Below, in pieces: positions 10,015-18,846 of a stretch of DNA of 64,000 nt. The notes under the pieces are model-generated. The model was not told the DNA's origin. It saw nothing but the letters and a program-made list of their open reading frames with translations, and searched no databases. Position 1 is the first letter of the stretch. Each line of letters begins with the position of its first letter. The stretch covers positions 10,535 to 74,534 of the forward strand of contig JAJZVO010000014.1 in assembly GCA_021845665.1 (NCBI GenBank). Reading direction: 5' to 3'. The DNA comes from Bacteroidota bacterium (lineage in GTDB: Bacteria > Bacteroidota > Ignavibacteria > Kryptoniales > JAKASW01). The translations under genes and the position numbers were made by a program.

Positions 10015-11091
10015 CTACCTCTCGGTACCCGACTTATTGACGTCGACTTTTATCTCATCATACCGCTGCACTCTGTAAATGATGGTGGATGCTATCCAGC
10101 TCATCACGAAGATTCCGATGACAAAATATCCCATAATTCCGAAGTCGCCGCTCAGCCGGCCGACGGCGCCCCAGAACCAACCCCTTAATTGAAGTTTGTC
10201 GCCTATGATGTTCAACACCTCAATCCCTCCGACGAGGAGAGCGATGAGAACAGATACGAAAGTGATCGTAAGGTTGTAGTACAGCTTTCTTAACGGCTTG
10301 ACGTATGCCCACCCGTACGCGGCAAGCATCAGGACCCCGTCGGTGGTATCGACAATTGACATCCCGGCAGTGAAGAGTGCCGGGAAGATGAGTATCGTCC
10401 ATATGGGCAACCCCTTCGTCGCTTCGGTTGCAGTGATTCCGAGAAGCCCGATTTCCGTTGCAGTGTCAAAACCGAGACCGAAAAGGAATCCAAGCGGGTA
10501 CATATGCCAGCTCTCATTGATCATTCTATGGAACGGTCTGAAGATTCTCGACATCAGTCCGCGCCGCCCGAGAAGGTCATCGAGTGTTTGTTCGTCGTAG
10601 GCCCCTCCTTTCTTCACCCTTCTGAATGCTTTGAATACATCGCGCAGAATGAACATGTTAAGGAGCGCGATCAGGAAGAGGAATCCCGCCGAGACGAGCG
10701 TTCCTATCACTCCTCCGATGTGCTGAAATTGCGGAAAGCGCTTCTGTACCACGGTTGTGGCCAGAGCTATTGCCACAGATGCGAACACGACAACGGTTGA
10801 ATGCCCCAGCGAGAAGAAGAAACCGACCCCGGCAGGCCGCTTTCCATCCTGCATGAGCTTACGCGTTACGTTATCTATTGCGGCGATGTGATCCGCATCC
10901 ACCGCGTGCCTCAGTCCGAAACTGTAAGCAATTACCGATGTGCCGATGAGAAGCGGAAAACCAATGAACGTCGATACTGCAATCGCCCATACTCCGAAGT
11001 TGACGCAAATGAGGAAAAGGTAGAGCCCAAGAACTTTCCGGCGCGTTCCCGTGAACCTGTCCCCCAATGCTTCTGAGAAACGTGAAATCAT
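10015..11091 (-). CDS. HoxN/HupN/NixA-family nickel/cobalt permease (NiCoT)
   Basis: NiCoT signature motifs HAVDADHIAAIDN and FLFGLGFDTATE, plus about 8 hydrophobic segments. Confidence 0.85.
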   Translation of the reverse strand: MISRFSEALGDRFTGTRRKVLGLYLFLICVNFGVWAIAVSTFIGFPLLIGTSVIAYSFGLRHAVDADHIAAIDNVTRKLMQDGKRPAGVGFFFSLGHSTVVVFASVAIALATTVVQKRFPQFQHIGGVIGTLVSAGFLFLIALLNMFILRDVFKAFRRVKKGGAYDEQTLDDLLGRRGLMSRIFRPFHRMINESWHMYPLGFLFGLGFDTATEIGLLGITATEATKGLPIWTILIFPALFTAGMSIVDTTDGVLMLAAYGWAYVKPLRKLYYNLTITFVSVLIALLVGGIEVLNIIGDKLQLRGWFWGAVGRLSGDFGIMGYFVIGIFVMSWIASTIIYRVQRYDEIKVDVNKSGTER

Positions 11092-11669
11092 TTTTCTTTG
11101 AATTCTTCGATGATCATCTTTGCCCTGAAAGTCTTTTTGTCATCCATTATCGATATTGGGTGAGGAAAATTCAAGATAATGGATCGATTCATGTTGAGAG
11201 TCCTCGTTTGAGACCGAACAAAAAGACAAATCTCTACCTGTCCCTCTTGACCTTTGTCGTGCACCGTTGACTTCTTTCCAGAATGTACCGAGGGGATGGT
11301 GGACTTCCTGAAGCAGCAAGCAACGAGATGCGAGATGCCGGGACGGGTCTGGATAAGCCGATTTTGGTTTCTCAACTGAGTCTGGTTTTCGGTGGCATCG
11401 ATATTGCTACCCGTCAAAAAAAACCGGGACAGTTCGGTTCGCTGTTGACATTCATTATGTAATTGCCGAGATTTTTTATGTAGTAAAAGTTGTACCGACA
11501 AAATCCGGGATACTCCGGACCAAAGAGTGTTGCAGTGTTCCGTGCAATGCTCTACTCACATACCCGTCTGATACCAGCGTTGCTTCGGGCAGCGGCAGGA
11601 GTGGTACTGATATCGATGTCGATGTATGACGACTTGACTATCGTGGTATCAAAGAAGGGAGGGTACGAA

Positions 11670-12032
11670 ATGGAAGCCAAGAACCTGGCTGTACTTAGGA
11701 ACGAAATGTTCAACCGGGTCAGGTCAATTCTATACGAACGATATGGGGAGTTCGTGCCTGATCCGCTGGTTGAAAACGAATCTCAGGGGGAGATCGTCGT
11801 GAGGAGCATCAAGCGCGTCGAATCATTCAAGGCAGATGAGGATCTACTCGATTTGTTCGACGCACTTGAGAAAGTGTTTTCGGGACGATACGGATATTGC
11901 CTGTTTTGCAGGAAAGAGATAGAATTTTCGAAACTGATGAAAAATCCACTGGCGAAGTTTTGCGACACGTGCGAACGCATGCTGAGTCCAACTTATGTCT
12001 CGGGAGATGTACAACCAGAGGAAAAGAGATAG
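11670..12032 (+). CDS. DksA/TraR-family C4 zinc-finger protein
   Basis: CxxC-N17-CxxC (CLFCRKEIEFSKLMKNPLAKFCDTCE) at the C-terminus after a helical region. GGAGGG lies 6-7 nt before the ATG at 11670. The 60-aa extension in the ORF track (start 11490) has no support. Confidence 0.6.
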   Translation: MEAKNLAVLRNEMFNRVRSILYERYGEFVPDPLVENESQGEIVVRSIKRVESFKADEDLLDLFDALEKVFSGRYGYCLFCRKEIEFSKLMKNPLAKFCDTCERMLSPTYVSGDVQPEEKR

Positions 12033-12099
12033 GCCTGCTCGCTCGCTGAAGTTTTTTGGGGGACTTGCTTGTTCCAATTCCGGTGGGAAGCGGGGTGTG

Positions 12100-13158
12100 C
12101 TAGTGGACGGGCACAGTTGCCGTCAGTGCCGTGGTCAGTGCGGATGCGATTGCATCGAGTGGTAAGACTGCGTCGGCAAGCTCGGCATCCACTATGGATT
12201 TCGGCATGCCGTATACGACCGATGTTTCCTCGTCTTGCGCAATAAGTTTTCCGCCAGACTCTTTTATCAATCTCGCTCCGTCAAGTCCATCATGGCCCAT
12301 ACCGGTCATCACCGCTGCGAGCACGCGCCCCTCGAATACTTCGTTCGCCGATGAGAACATCACGTCGACTGAAGGGCGATGGAGCGTGTCGCCGGGATCT
12401 TTGGAGACGACAACTTTCGGAATCCCACCGGTCCTTCTGAACTTCATATGAAGTCCTCCCGGTGCGATATAGACCTTTCCTCTTGTCAAATCCATTCCGT
12501 CTTCCGCTTCGCACACCTCCAATCTGCTTATGGAGTCGAGTCGATCCGCAAGCGACTTAGTGAACTGAGGAGGCATGTGCTGGACGATAGCGACCGGGAC
12601 GGGGAAATCGACGGGAAGCGAAGGCACGACTTTCTGTAGCGAGAAGGGCCCGCCAGTCGAGATGCCGATGGTGACGATCTGCGCGGCGCTCATCTTCAAC
12701 TGTGACAGCCTGTTCAGGGCAGAAACCCTGTTAGTGAGCGGCCTTGAAAATGTTCTCAGCCTGTTTGTGGTGATCGCCTTTACTTTCGCTACGAGCTCGC
12801 CTTTGATCTTAGTTATATCGAGAGAGACATACGAGAGTTGTTTTGGGATAAAATCCACCGCTCCTGCGGAAAGGGCGTCGATAGTCGCACGTGCGCCTTC
12901 GACCGTCAGCGAGCTGACCATGAGCACGGGAAGAGGATTCTCTTTCATTATCTTCTTCAAGGCAGTGATTCCGTCCATCCGTGGCATCTCCACATCGAGA
13001 GTCATTAGATCCGGGTGGAACAATTTCACTTTCTCGATCGCGTCGATCCCATCCCTCGCGGTGCCGACAACTTCTATTTCGGGATCGTCTCCAAGCATCA
13101 TGGATATCGCTTTGCGCATAAATGCGGAGTCGTCGACAACCAGTACTCTAATGGCCAT
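12100..13158 (-). CDS. cheB: Chemotaxis protein-glutamate methylesterase CheB (REC + methylesterase)
   Basis: N-terminal REC (RVLVVDDSAFMR, TLDVEMPRMDG) and C-terminal CheB esterase domain (IGISTGGP..., TGMGHDG). Confidence 0.9.
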   Translation of the reverse strand: MAIRVLVVDDSAFMRKAISMMLGDDPEIEVVGTARDGIDAIEKVKLFHPDLMTLDVEMPRMDGITALKKIMKENPLPVLMVSSLTVEGARATIDALSAGAVDFIPKQLSYVSLDITKIKGELVAKVKAITTNRLRTFSRPLTNRVSALNRLSQLKMSAAQIVTIGISTGGPFSLQKVVPSLPVDFPVPVAIVQHMPPQFTKSLADRLDSISRLEVCEAEDGMDLTRGKVYIAPGGLHMKFRRTGGIPKVVVSKDPGDTLHRPSVDVMFSSANEVFEGRVLAAVMTGMGHDGLDGARLIKESGGKLIAQDEETSVVYGMPKSIVDAELADAVLPLDAIASALTTALTATVPVH

Positions 13159-13159
13159 G

Positions 13160-14986
13160 TCAGGCTCTCGCTTCGCTTGTTGCGGCAGCTCTTGCTGACT
13201 TCTCGACGAGGCGGAGCAGTTCGCCTGCGTCGATTATCATTATCACTCTGCCGTCGCCGAGTATCGTGGAACCTGCTATACCCGGTATATTCTTCAGGTA
13301 AGCGCCGAGAGGTTTTATCACGATTTCTTTCTGGCCGATCAGACGGTCGACTACGATTCCGAATTTCCTGTTCGCAACACCGACGACAACGGTATAGAAC
13401 GCTTTGACTTCGGTGTCTCTTCCCGGCACATCGAGAATTTCTGAAATGTCGACAAGCGGCAGGACCGTCTCCCGAAGTCTGGTCACTTCACGTCCGTTTA
13501 CGGTCGAGACTTCGGATCGTTGGGTATGGACGACTTCGAGAACCGAGCTTAATGGGATGGCAAAGGTTTCGTTCCCGACTCCGACGAGGAGGCCCTGGAT
13601 GATGGCGAGGGTAAGCGGGAGTTTCAAAGTGAATTTTGTCCCTTTTCCCACTTCGGATTCTACTGCGATTATCCCGTTCAATTTTGTGATGTTTGTCTTC
13701 ACCACATCCATCCCAACTCCGCGACCGGAGACACTGCTTACCTTCTGGGCAGTGCTGAACCCCGGGAGGAATATGAGGCTGTAAGTATCTTCCGTTTTCA
13801 TCTCGTGCGCCTCTTCTGGGGTGATGATCCCTTTCTCCAGCGCCTTCTGCTTCAGTTTCTCCGGGTCGATCCCGGCTCCGTCGTCCTGCACTTCAATTAT
13901 GACATGGTTCCCTTCGTGCCCCGCGGTGAGGCGTATGGTACCTTGCCGCGGTTTGCCCGCCGTCTCCCTGACATCGGCAGACTCGACTCCATGATCGGCG
14001 GCATTCCTGATCAAATGAACGAGCGGATCGCTTATTTCCTCTATTATAGACTTATCGAGTTCGGTTTCCTCGCCGCTGATGACGAGCCGGATGTCCTTCG
14101 AAAACTCGCGGGCGATATCGCGCACGAGCCTCGGAAACCTGTTGAATACCCTTCCAATCTGAACCATCCTGGTTTTCATCACGGCAGTCTGGAGTTCCGT
14201 GGTAATGAAATCTATCTGTGCCGCCGTATCGTTTAGTTGATGAGAGAAGTCTTCGCGACTGTCTTCGTCCTTGTCGATGGAAACAATCTGGGAAAGGCGG
14301 TTCCTGCCGAGCACGAGCTCTCCGACGAGATTCATGAGATGGTCGAGCCGCTGAACATCGACCCGTATCGTGGTGTCGGTGATGTTCTTTTCACCCTTCT
14401 GAGGCTGCTGGTGCTGCGGCTGGGATTCGGCCTGGTCTACCTGATGGGACTCGGTCTGATTATCATGGACTTTCTCTTCTGATCTCTCCTTCGGCTGTTC
14501 CTGTATTGCGGTCTGGGACGGGGATAGCTCAGCTTTGGGTTCGTTTGACGCTGCCTTCGCATCCGGCTGCCCGGAAGGAAGAACTCCCTTCGAAAGTGCT
14601 TCCAGCTTCTTAATCGTCGGGCCGAGGTCAACGTCACTGATGTTTTGGTCGAGGACTTGCTTCAACAAGACTTTCATCAGGTCGAAGGCTTCCAGCATGA
14701 CGTCGAGCATGGCTGGCTGAAAGGAAATTTCGCCACGCCTCATCTTGTTGAGGACATCCTCAAATCTGTGTGCGAGGACACTCATCTGTTCGAAGCTCAG
14801 GAAGCCCGCTGTTCCCTTGACGGTGTGCACGGCGCGGAAGATTGAGTTTATCAGCTCTTTGTCATCGGGTCTTTTCTCAATCTCGAGGAGTTCGTTGTCG
14901 AGCTTTTCGAAAATCTCGTTTGTCTCAACGATGAAGCTCTCTACGATTTCCTTCATGTCGTCCGAGAACATCGCGTGCTGCGTCAT
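13160..14986 (-). CDS. cheA: Chemotaxis histidine kinase CheA (P1-linker-P3-P4-P5; no obvious P2)
   Basis: Hpt P1 with HTVKGTAG. Dimerisation segment IRVDVQRLDHLMNLVGELV. HATPase boxes (HLIRNAADHG, DDGAGID, GRGVGMDVV). C-terminal CheW-like domain. Confidence 0.92.
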   Translation of the reverse strand: MTQHAMFSDDMKEIVESFIVETNEIFEKLDNELLEIEKRPDDKELINSIFRAVHTVKGTAGFLSFEQMSVLAHRFEDVLNKMRRGEISFQPAMLDVMLEAFDLMKVLLKQVLDQNISDVDLGPTIKKLEALSKGVLPSGQPDAKAASNEPKAELSPSQTAIQEQPKERSEEKVHDNQTESHQVDQAESQPQHQQPQKGEKNITDTTIRVDVQRLDHLMNLVGELVLGRNRLSQIVSIDKDEDSREDFSHQLNDTAAQIDFITTELQTAVMKTRMVQIGRVFNRFPRLVRDIAREFSKDIRLVISGEETELDKSIIEEISDPLVHLIRNAADHGVESADVRETAGKPRQGTIRLTAGHEGNHVIIEVQDDGAGIDPEKLKQKALEKGIITPEEAHEMKTEDTYSLIFLPGFSTAQKVSSVSGRGVGMDVVKTNITKLNGIIAVESEVGKGTKFTLKLPLTLAIIQGLLVGVGNETFAIPLSSVLEVVHTQRSEVSTVNGREVTRLRETVLPLVDISEILDVPGRDTEVKAFYTVVVGVANRKFGIVVDRLIGQKEIVIKPLGAYLKNIPGIAGSTILGDGRVIMIIDAGELLRLVEKSARAAATSEARA

Positions 14987-14992
14987 CTCTAT

Positions 14993-15823
14993 TCAGGCTC
15001 CCTTTCTGAACAGTTTGTCGATTTCATCCTGGGATGTGTGACCGGAAGCGGTCATACCGGAGGTGGGCTGAGCGGGCGTAGTGTTCTCAATTGAACTTAT
15101 GACTTTGTCCGCGTCTCGCTGGGCGTCCCCGGATCTGTCGTACGTTGCCTGCGGATCAAATGTGTGTCCGTCGACCTTCTGGATTTCAGAGACAAGCTCG
15201 GCTCCGGAGATCTTGAAACGGTCGATGAGGTTGGCCAGCCTGTCCTGGACGGACTGAATCAGGTGATTGACCGACGCAATTTGTTGTGTCGTGATATCCT
15301 GTACCTGCAGGGATATCATTATGTCGTTCGATTTATTCCGGATATCCTGGAGACTGTCCTGGAGTCCGCCCGCGTTGGACTTGAGGGCTCTAAGGTGAGC
15401 GTCTTTCTGTTCATGAATTTCTGCCAGCTTATCGAGGAGTTCCTTGTGGCTGCCGTTGAGTGACGCTTTGAGCATTTTAAGCTCCTGCTCGTCGAGGCTC
15501 CCAATCGCCGCCATGTCGTTTGTCGCAGTCTGGAAATGGGAACCGATAGCGTTGAGCTTGGACAGAACTCCGTCGAGGTTGTCCAATATCTCTGTCGTAG
15601 CCAATTCGGTTGCCTGAGTGACTTTGTTGAGCTGCGAAGACGCGCGCGGCATTTTGTTGGCGCTTTCATAGATGGACTCGTTAATGTCCTCGAGTACCGG
15701 GACGATATCGTTGACGAAGTAAAACAACTCCTCAAGAAACGGTATTACTCTCTGACCGAATATGAAGAGAGCACGGAGTTCATTTATCTTATCGAGGATT
15801 CCGCCGAGATTTTTGGTGTTCAT
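14993..15823 (-). CDS. cheZ: CheZ-like CheY-P phosphatase
   Basis: The segment QVQDITTQQI aligns to the CheZ active-site D-x3-Q (E. coli QDLTGQ). An upstream helix KVTQATELATTEILDNLD resembles the CheZ ATEQAA helix. The C-terminal SQDEIDKLF resembles the CheZ CheY-binding peptide. It lies between cheY and cheA. Confidence 0.7.
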   Translation of the reverse strand: MNTKNLGGILDKINELRALFIFGQRVIPFLEELFYFVNDIVPVLEDINESIYESANKMPRASSQLNKVTQATELATTEILDNLDGVLSKLNAIGSHFQTATNDMAAIGSLDEQELKMLKASLNGSHKELLDKLAEIHEQKDAHLRALKSNAGGLQDSLQDIRNKSNDIMISLQVQDITTQQIASVNHLIQSVQDRLANLIDRFKISGAELVSEIQKVDGHTFDPQATYDRSGDAQRDADKVISSIENTTPAQPTSGMTASGHTSQDEIDKLFRKGA

Positions 15824-15835
15824 GATTCCCCTCTG

Positions 15836-16204
15836 TTAAGTCGTTTTCAAAATTTGGTCGATTTTTTCTTTCAGCACCTGGGGAGTAAACGGTTTCACGA
15901 CATAGTTGTTTACTCTGGCCTGCAGGGCTTCCATAACGTCTTCTTTCATCCCCCTTGTGGTAACCATAAGGATCGGCAGGTTGAGGAACTGGTCGTCCGC
16001 GCGTACCGCTTTCGTGAATTCCAACCCGCTCATGTTCGGCATGTTCCAGTCGGTGATCACAAAATCTATCTTTTCCACATAGAGCTTCGTTAGCGCATCC
16101 TTGCCATCTTCAGCTTCGACTATGTCGTCATAGCCAATCCCCTTGAGGGCATTGTTGACGATTCGACGCATGGTCTGTGAATCGTCAACTACAAGGAATT
16201 TCAT
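15836..16204 (-). CDS. cheY: Chemotaxis response regulator CheY
   Basis: Single REC domain with CheY hallmarks (FLVVDDSQTMRR, ITDWNMPNMSG, VVKPFT). Confidence 0.9.
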   Translation of the reverse strand: MKFLVVDDSQTMRRIVNNALKGIGYDDIVEAEDGKDALTKLYVEKIDFVITDWNMPNMSGLEFTKAVRADDQFLNLPILMVTTRGMKEDVMEALQARVNNYVVKPFTPQVLKEKIDQILKTT

Positions 16205-16215
16205 GGGCGTTCTCC

Positions 16216-16581
16216 TTAGTTAATGTATTTTGCAACTTCGTATTGAATTCTTTTTTGATCGAATGGTTTTACAAGGTAAGAGTTCGCTCCCAGTTGCATG
16301 CCGGTTTCGATATCGTTCTCGTTGCTTAGCGAAGACAAGATGATGACGGGGACGTCGGAATACTCGCTGTCCTCCCGTAAGGCTTTCAGAAATTCGAACC
16401 CATCCATATTGGGCATATTGAGGTCGGTGATGACCAGGTCCACTTTGTTCTGCGACAGTTTCTCGAGCGCATCCATGCCGTCTCTTGCTGCCACAACGAG
16501 GAGGCCGAGAGACCGGAGCGCAAAGACCAGGAATTTCCTGACTGATTCGGAATCATCGACTACCATTACAGCTTTCATCAA
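16216..16581 (-). CDS. Second single-domain CheY-like response regulator
   Basis: REC domain (VMVVDDSESVRK, ITDLNMPNMDG, LVKPF). Adjacent paralogue of cheY. Confidence 0.85.
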   Translation of the reverse strand: MMKAVMVVDDSESVRKFLVFALRSLGLLVVAARDGMDALEKLSQNKVDLVITDLNMPNMDGFEFLKALREDSEYSDVPVIILSSLSNENDIETGMQLGANSYLVKPFDQKRIQYEVAKYIN

Positions 16582-16587
16582 TTTACC

Positions 16588-17460
16588 TCACTCCTTTCGG
16601 TACGCAATTGCTTTCTCGAAATGCACAGGCTTCAACGCCTGGGATACACCATACAATGTCTCCGAGTATCCGACGAAGAAGTATCCTCCCTTGTTCAAGC
16701 TGTTGTATACTGATGAGACGACGCTTTCTTTTGAATTGTAGTCGAAGTAGATCAATACGTTCGCAGCTATTACTACGTCGAAGTCTCTCATCAATCTCAT
16801 CGAGGCTTTGTCGAACAGGTTTAGTTGTCTGTACTCTACCAGCTTCTTAACCTCTTCGCTCAGGGAGTACTTGTCGCCCTCGTGCTTAAAATACTTCTGC
16901 ATATACTCGGCAGGTATGTTACGTACCGAGTATTCTTTGTAGATCCCCCTTTTTGCCACATCGAGGACCTGTGTATTTATGTCGGTGCCGACTATTTCAA
17001 ATTTAAAGGCCGGAAAACGCGCCTGGAATTTTTCCTTTATGATCAGGGCCAGGGTATAAGGCTCTTCTCCCGATGAGGCGGCGGCGCTCCAGAGCCTGAT
17101 CCTGTTGATGCCTTCCTGCCTTCGCCGCATGATAAGCTGGGGGAGGATGTGGTTTTCAATGGTCGCAAACTGCGGCTCGTTCCGGAAGAAGAATGTCTCG
17201 TTTATCGTGATGCTGTTAATAAGAAGGGCGAGCTCCGTCGAACCGAAGCCGTTCATCAATGCCCGGTAGTATTCTTCGAAAGAACCGATCCCTAATGCGG
17301 ACAATCTTCGATTCACCCTGCTTTCGAGTAAGTACTTCTTGTTGTCCGCGAAGAAAATGCCCGTGCGTTCGTAGATGTATGTTCGCATCAGTCTGAACAA
17401 ATCTTCAGTCAGGGAAACGGTTTGAGAAGGAATAGTATTAGAAAAGGAGAGGTAACTCAT
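16588..17460 (-). CDS. cheR: Chemotaxis protein methyltransferase CheR
   Basis: N-terminal CheR helical domain (YLLESRVNRRL..., TINETFFFRN) and SAM-binding domain (IRLWSAAASSGEEPYTLA). Confidence 0.9.
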   Translation of the reverse strand: MSYLSFSNTIPSQTVSLTEDLFRLMRTYIYERTGIFFADNKKYLLESRVNRRLSALGIGSFEEYYRALMNGFGSTELALLINSITINETFFFRNEPQFATIENHILPQLIMRRRQEGINRIRLWSAAASSGEEPYTLALIIKEKFQARFPAFKFEIVGTDINTQVLDVAKRGIYKEYSVRNIPAEYMQKYFKHEGDKYSLSEEVKKLVEYRQLNLFDKASMRLMRDFDVVIAANVLIYFDYNSKESVVSSVYNSLNKGGYFFVGYSETLYGVSQALKPVHFEKAIAYRKE

Positions 17461-17469
17461 CAGCCTGTC

Positions 17470-18840
17470 CTAATTCCGTCGGTTCGATGTCGATTGGGTC
17501 ACCAAAATTATGGCAGTCGATCTTATTTCTACGTCGTCGTCGCTGGTGAGCGTATCGAGCTCCTTCTCAAAAAGACGCGGTCCGAGTTTCGCAGCCAGAT
17601 CGAGCGCGAGTATCTTGACGGCGGTCTCGGGGTCGTTGAGACTTGCCCTGACAAGCTGCTGCGCCCAGACGTTTCCAAGCGAGATGCACTTGCTGAGGGC
17701 TATGATTCTTGTTTCGACGTCCAGGCTGCTGAGGTGCTTACCTATGAATTCGGCCATCGCCCTGGTCTCTTCACCCTCGGAAAACCTGAAGCTCGTATCG
17801 CTCAAGTTTTGAATCAGCAGCACGATCATCTTTATTGTCGATACGGGATTGTCAATTGCCTGTGCGCGCGCCAGTGCGATGGGGATGGATTTCTTAGCCT
17901 GCCCGGTAAGAACCGCTAATATCGCCGCGTCTATGGAGTCCGCTTTCCCGATGTGGTTAATTAGGGAGTGAAGGACTTCATCGTCCACAAGATGAGCGAG
18001 GCCGCGGACGGCTGTCCTAACGTAAGTTGGATCGGGATCATCCAGCATTTCGAGCAGATCCGGCTTCAGCGCTTCAGGCATCGCTTCTTTTCTATCCGCC
18101 GATTCCAACAGGACAACGAGCGAATGAAGGATCACGGGTTTTGCAAGGCCCGACACCTGGTTCAGTTTTTCCAGAAGGATGTCCATTGTCTCGCGGTCCT
18201 TCCGTGTTGACAAAGCATCGGCGGCCGCGAGCTGGACGATCGGGTCCTGGTCGGACAGCGCCTTGACGAAAAACTGAAGGTCGGCGTTACCCTGGATCTT
18301 TGCTGCAGCGTTCACGACGTTAGGTCTTGCGTACCCCGCTTCATCATACAATTCGAGCAGTTCTCCCACATGCTGGTTGGCATGGAGGGCGCCGAGTGCG
18401 TCGACGGAAGCGCAAACCACATTTTGGTCGGTGTCTCGCAGGTGGGTTGCAATCTTCTCCACGCTTTCCGTCGTAGCGGGAAGTTGAGCGAGGATGTCGA
18501 TTGCAAATTTTCTCACGTCTTTATCGGGAGATTCCACGTAGGGAAGGAGCGCGTTGACCGCCACGCTCTGCATTCTGACGAGGGCGTCCCCGGCAAGGTT
18601 CCTCACTGCTATATTCATGCTCTGTATGTGAGTAGCGGTCAGCGAGGCCGCCTTCTCATTCAGACAAAGCACGAGGACATGCGAGGCCGCTTCCCTGACT
18701 CCCCGGTCCGGGTCAGTTAGAAGATATGCGGCCGCTTCAATCACGCGATCGTCCTCCGAGTAGTCGTACAATGCTTCCAACGCGTTCCTTTTGCCCGAAG
18801 GATCCTGCGTGTGTAGCTGTTCGATCAGTTCGTCAATCAT
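17470..18840 (-). CDS. HEAT-repeat (PBS-lyase-type) protein
   Basis: At least 7 repeats of the D-x-D/E-x-x-V-R-x-x-A-x-x-x-L type (DPDRGVREAASHVL, SPDKDVRKFAIDIL, DTDQNVVCASVDAL, DQDPIVQLAAADAL, DPDPTYVRTAVRGL, DPETAVKILALDL, DDDVEIRSTAIIL). Confidence 0.75.
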   Translation of the reverse strand: MIDELIEQLHTQDPSGKRNALEALYDYSEDDRVIEAAAYLLTDPDRGVREAASHVLVLCLNEKAASLTATHIQSMNIAVRNLAGDALVRMQSVAVNALLPYVESPDKDVRKFAIDILAQLPATTESVEKIATHLRDTDQNVVCASVDALGALHANQHVGELLELYDEAGYARPNVVNAAAKIQGNADLQFFVKALSDQDPIVQLAAADALSTRKDRETMDILLEKLNQVSGLAKPVILHSLVVLLESADRKEAMPEALKPDLLEMLDDPDPTYVRTAVRGLAHLVDDEVLHSLINHIGKADSIDAAILAVLTGQAKKSIPIALARAQAIDNPVSTIKMIVLLIQNLSDTSFRFSEGEETRAMAEFIGKHLSSLDVETRIIALSKCISLGNVWAQQLVRASLNDPETAVKILALDLAAKLGPRLFEKELDTLTSDDDVEIRSTAIILVTQSTSNRRN

Positions 18841-18846
18841 AATCGC

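Noticed and set aside
11092-11500. Possible cobalamin or NiCo riboswitch, or NikR operator, in the leader of the Ni/Co permease (minus strand)
   Set aside because: I read the reverse complement. It showed no B12 box (AGYCMGGAGACCKGCC-like), no GCCACTG/GGGAAG core, no czcD-motif features and no GTATGA-N16-TCATAC. An Infernal scan would be needed to exclude other RNA families.
11490-11669. 60-aa N-terminal extension of the DksA/TraR-like ORF proposed by the ORF track
   Set aside because: The extension is hydrophobic and irregular and has no SD. A strong GGAGGG lies just upstream of the internal ATG at 11670, which gives a typical ~120-aa DksA/TraR-size protein.
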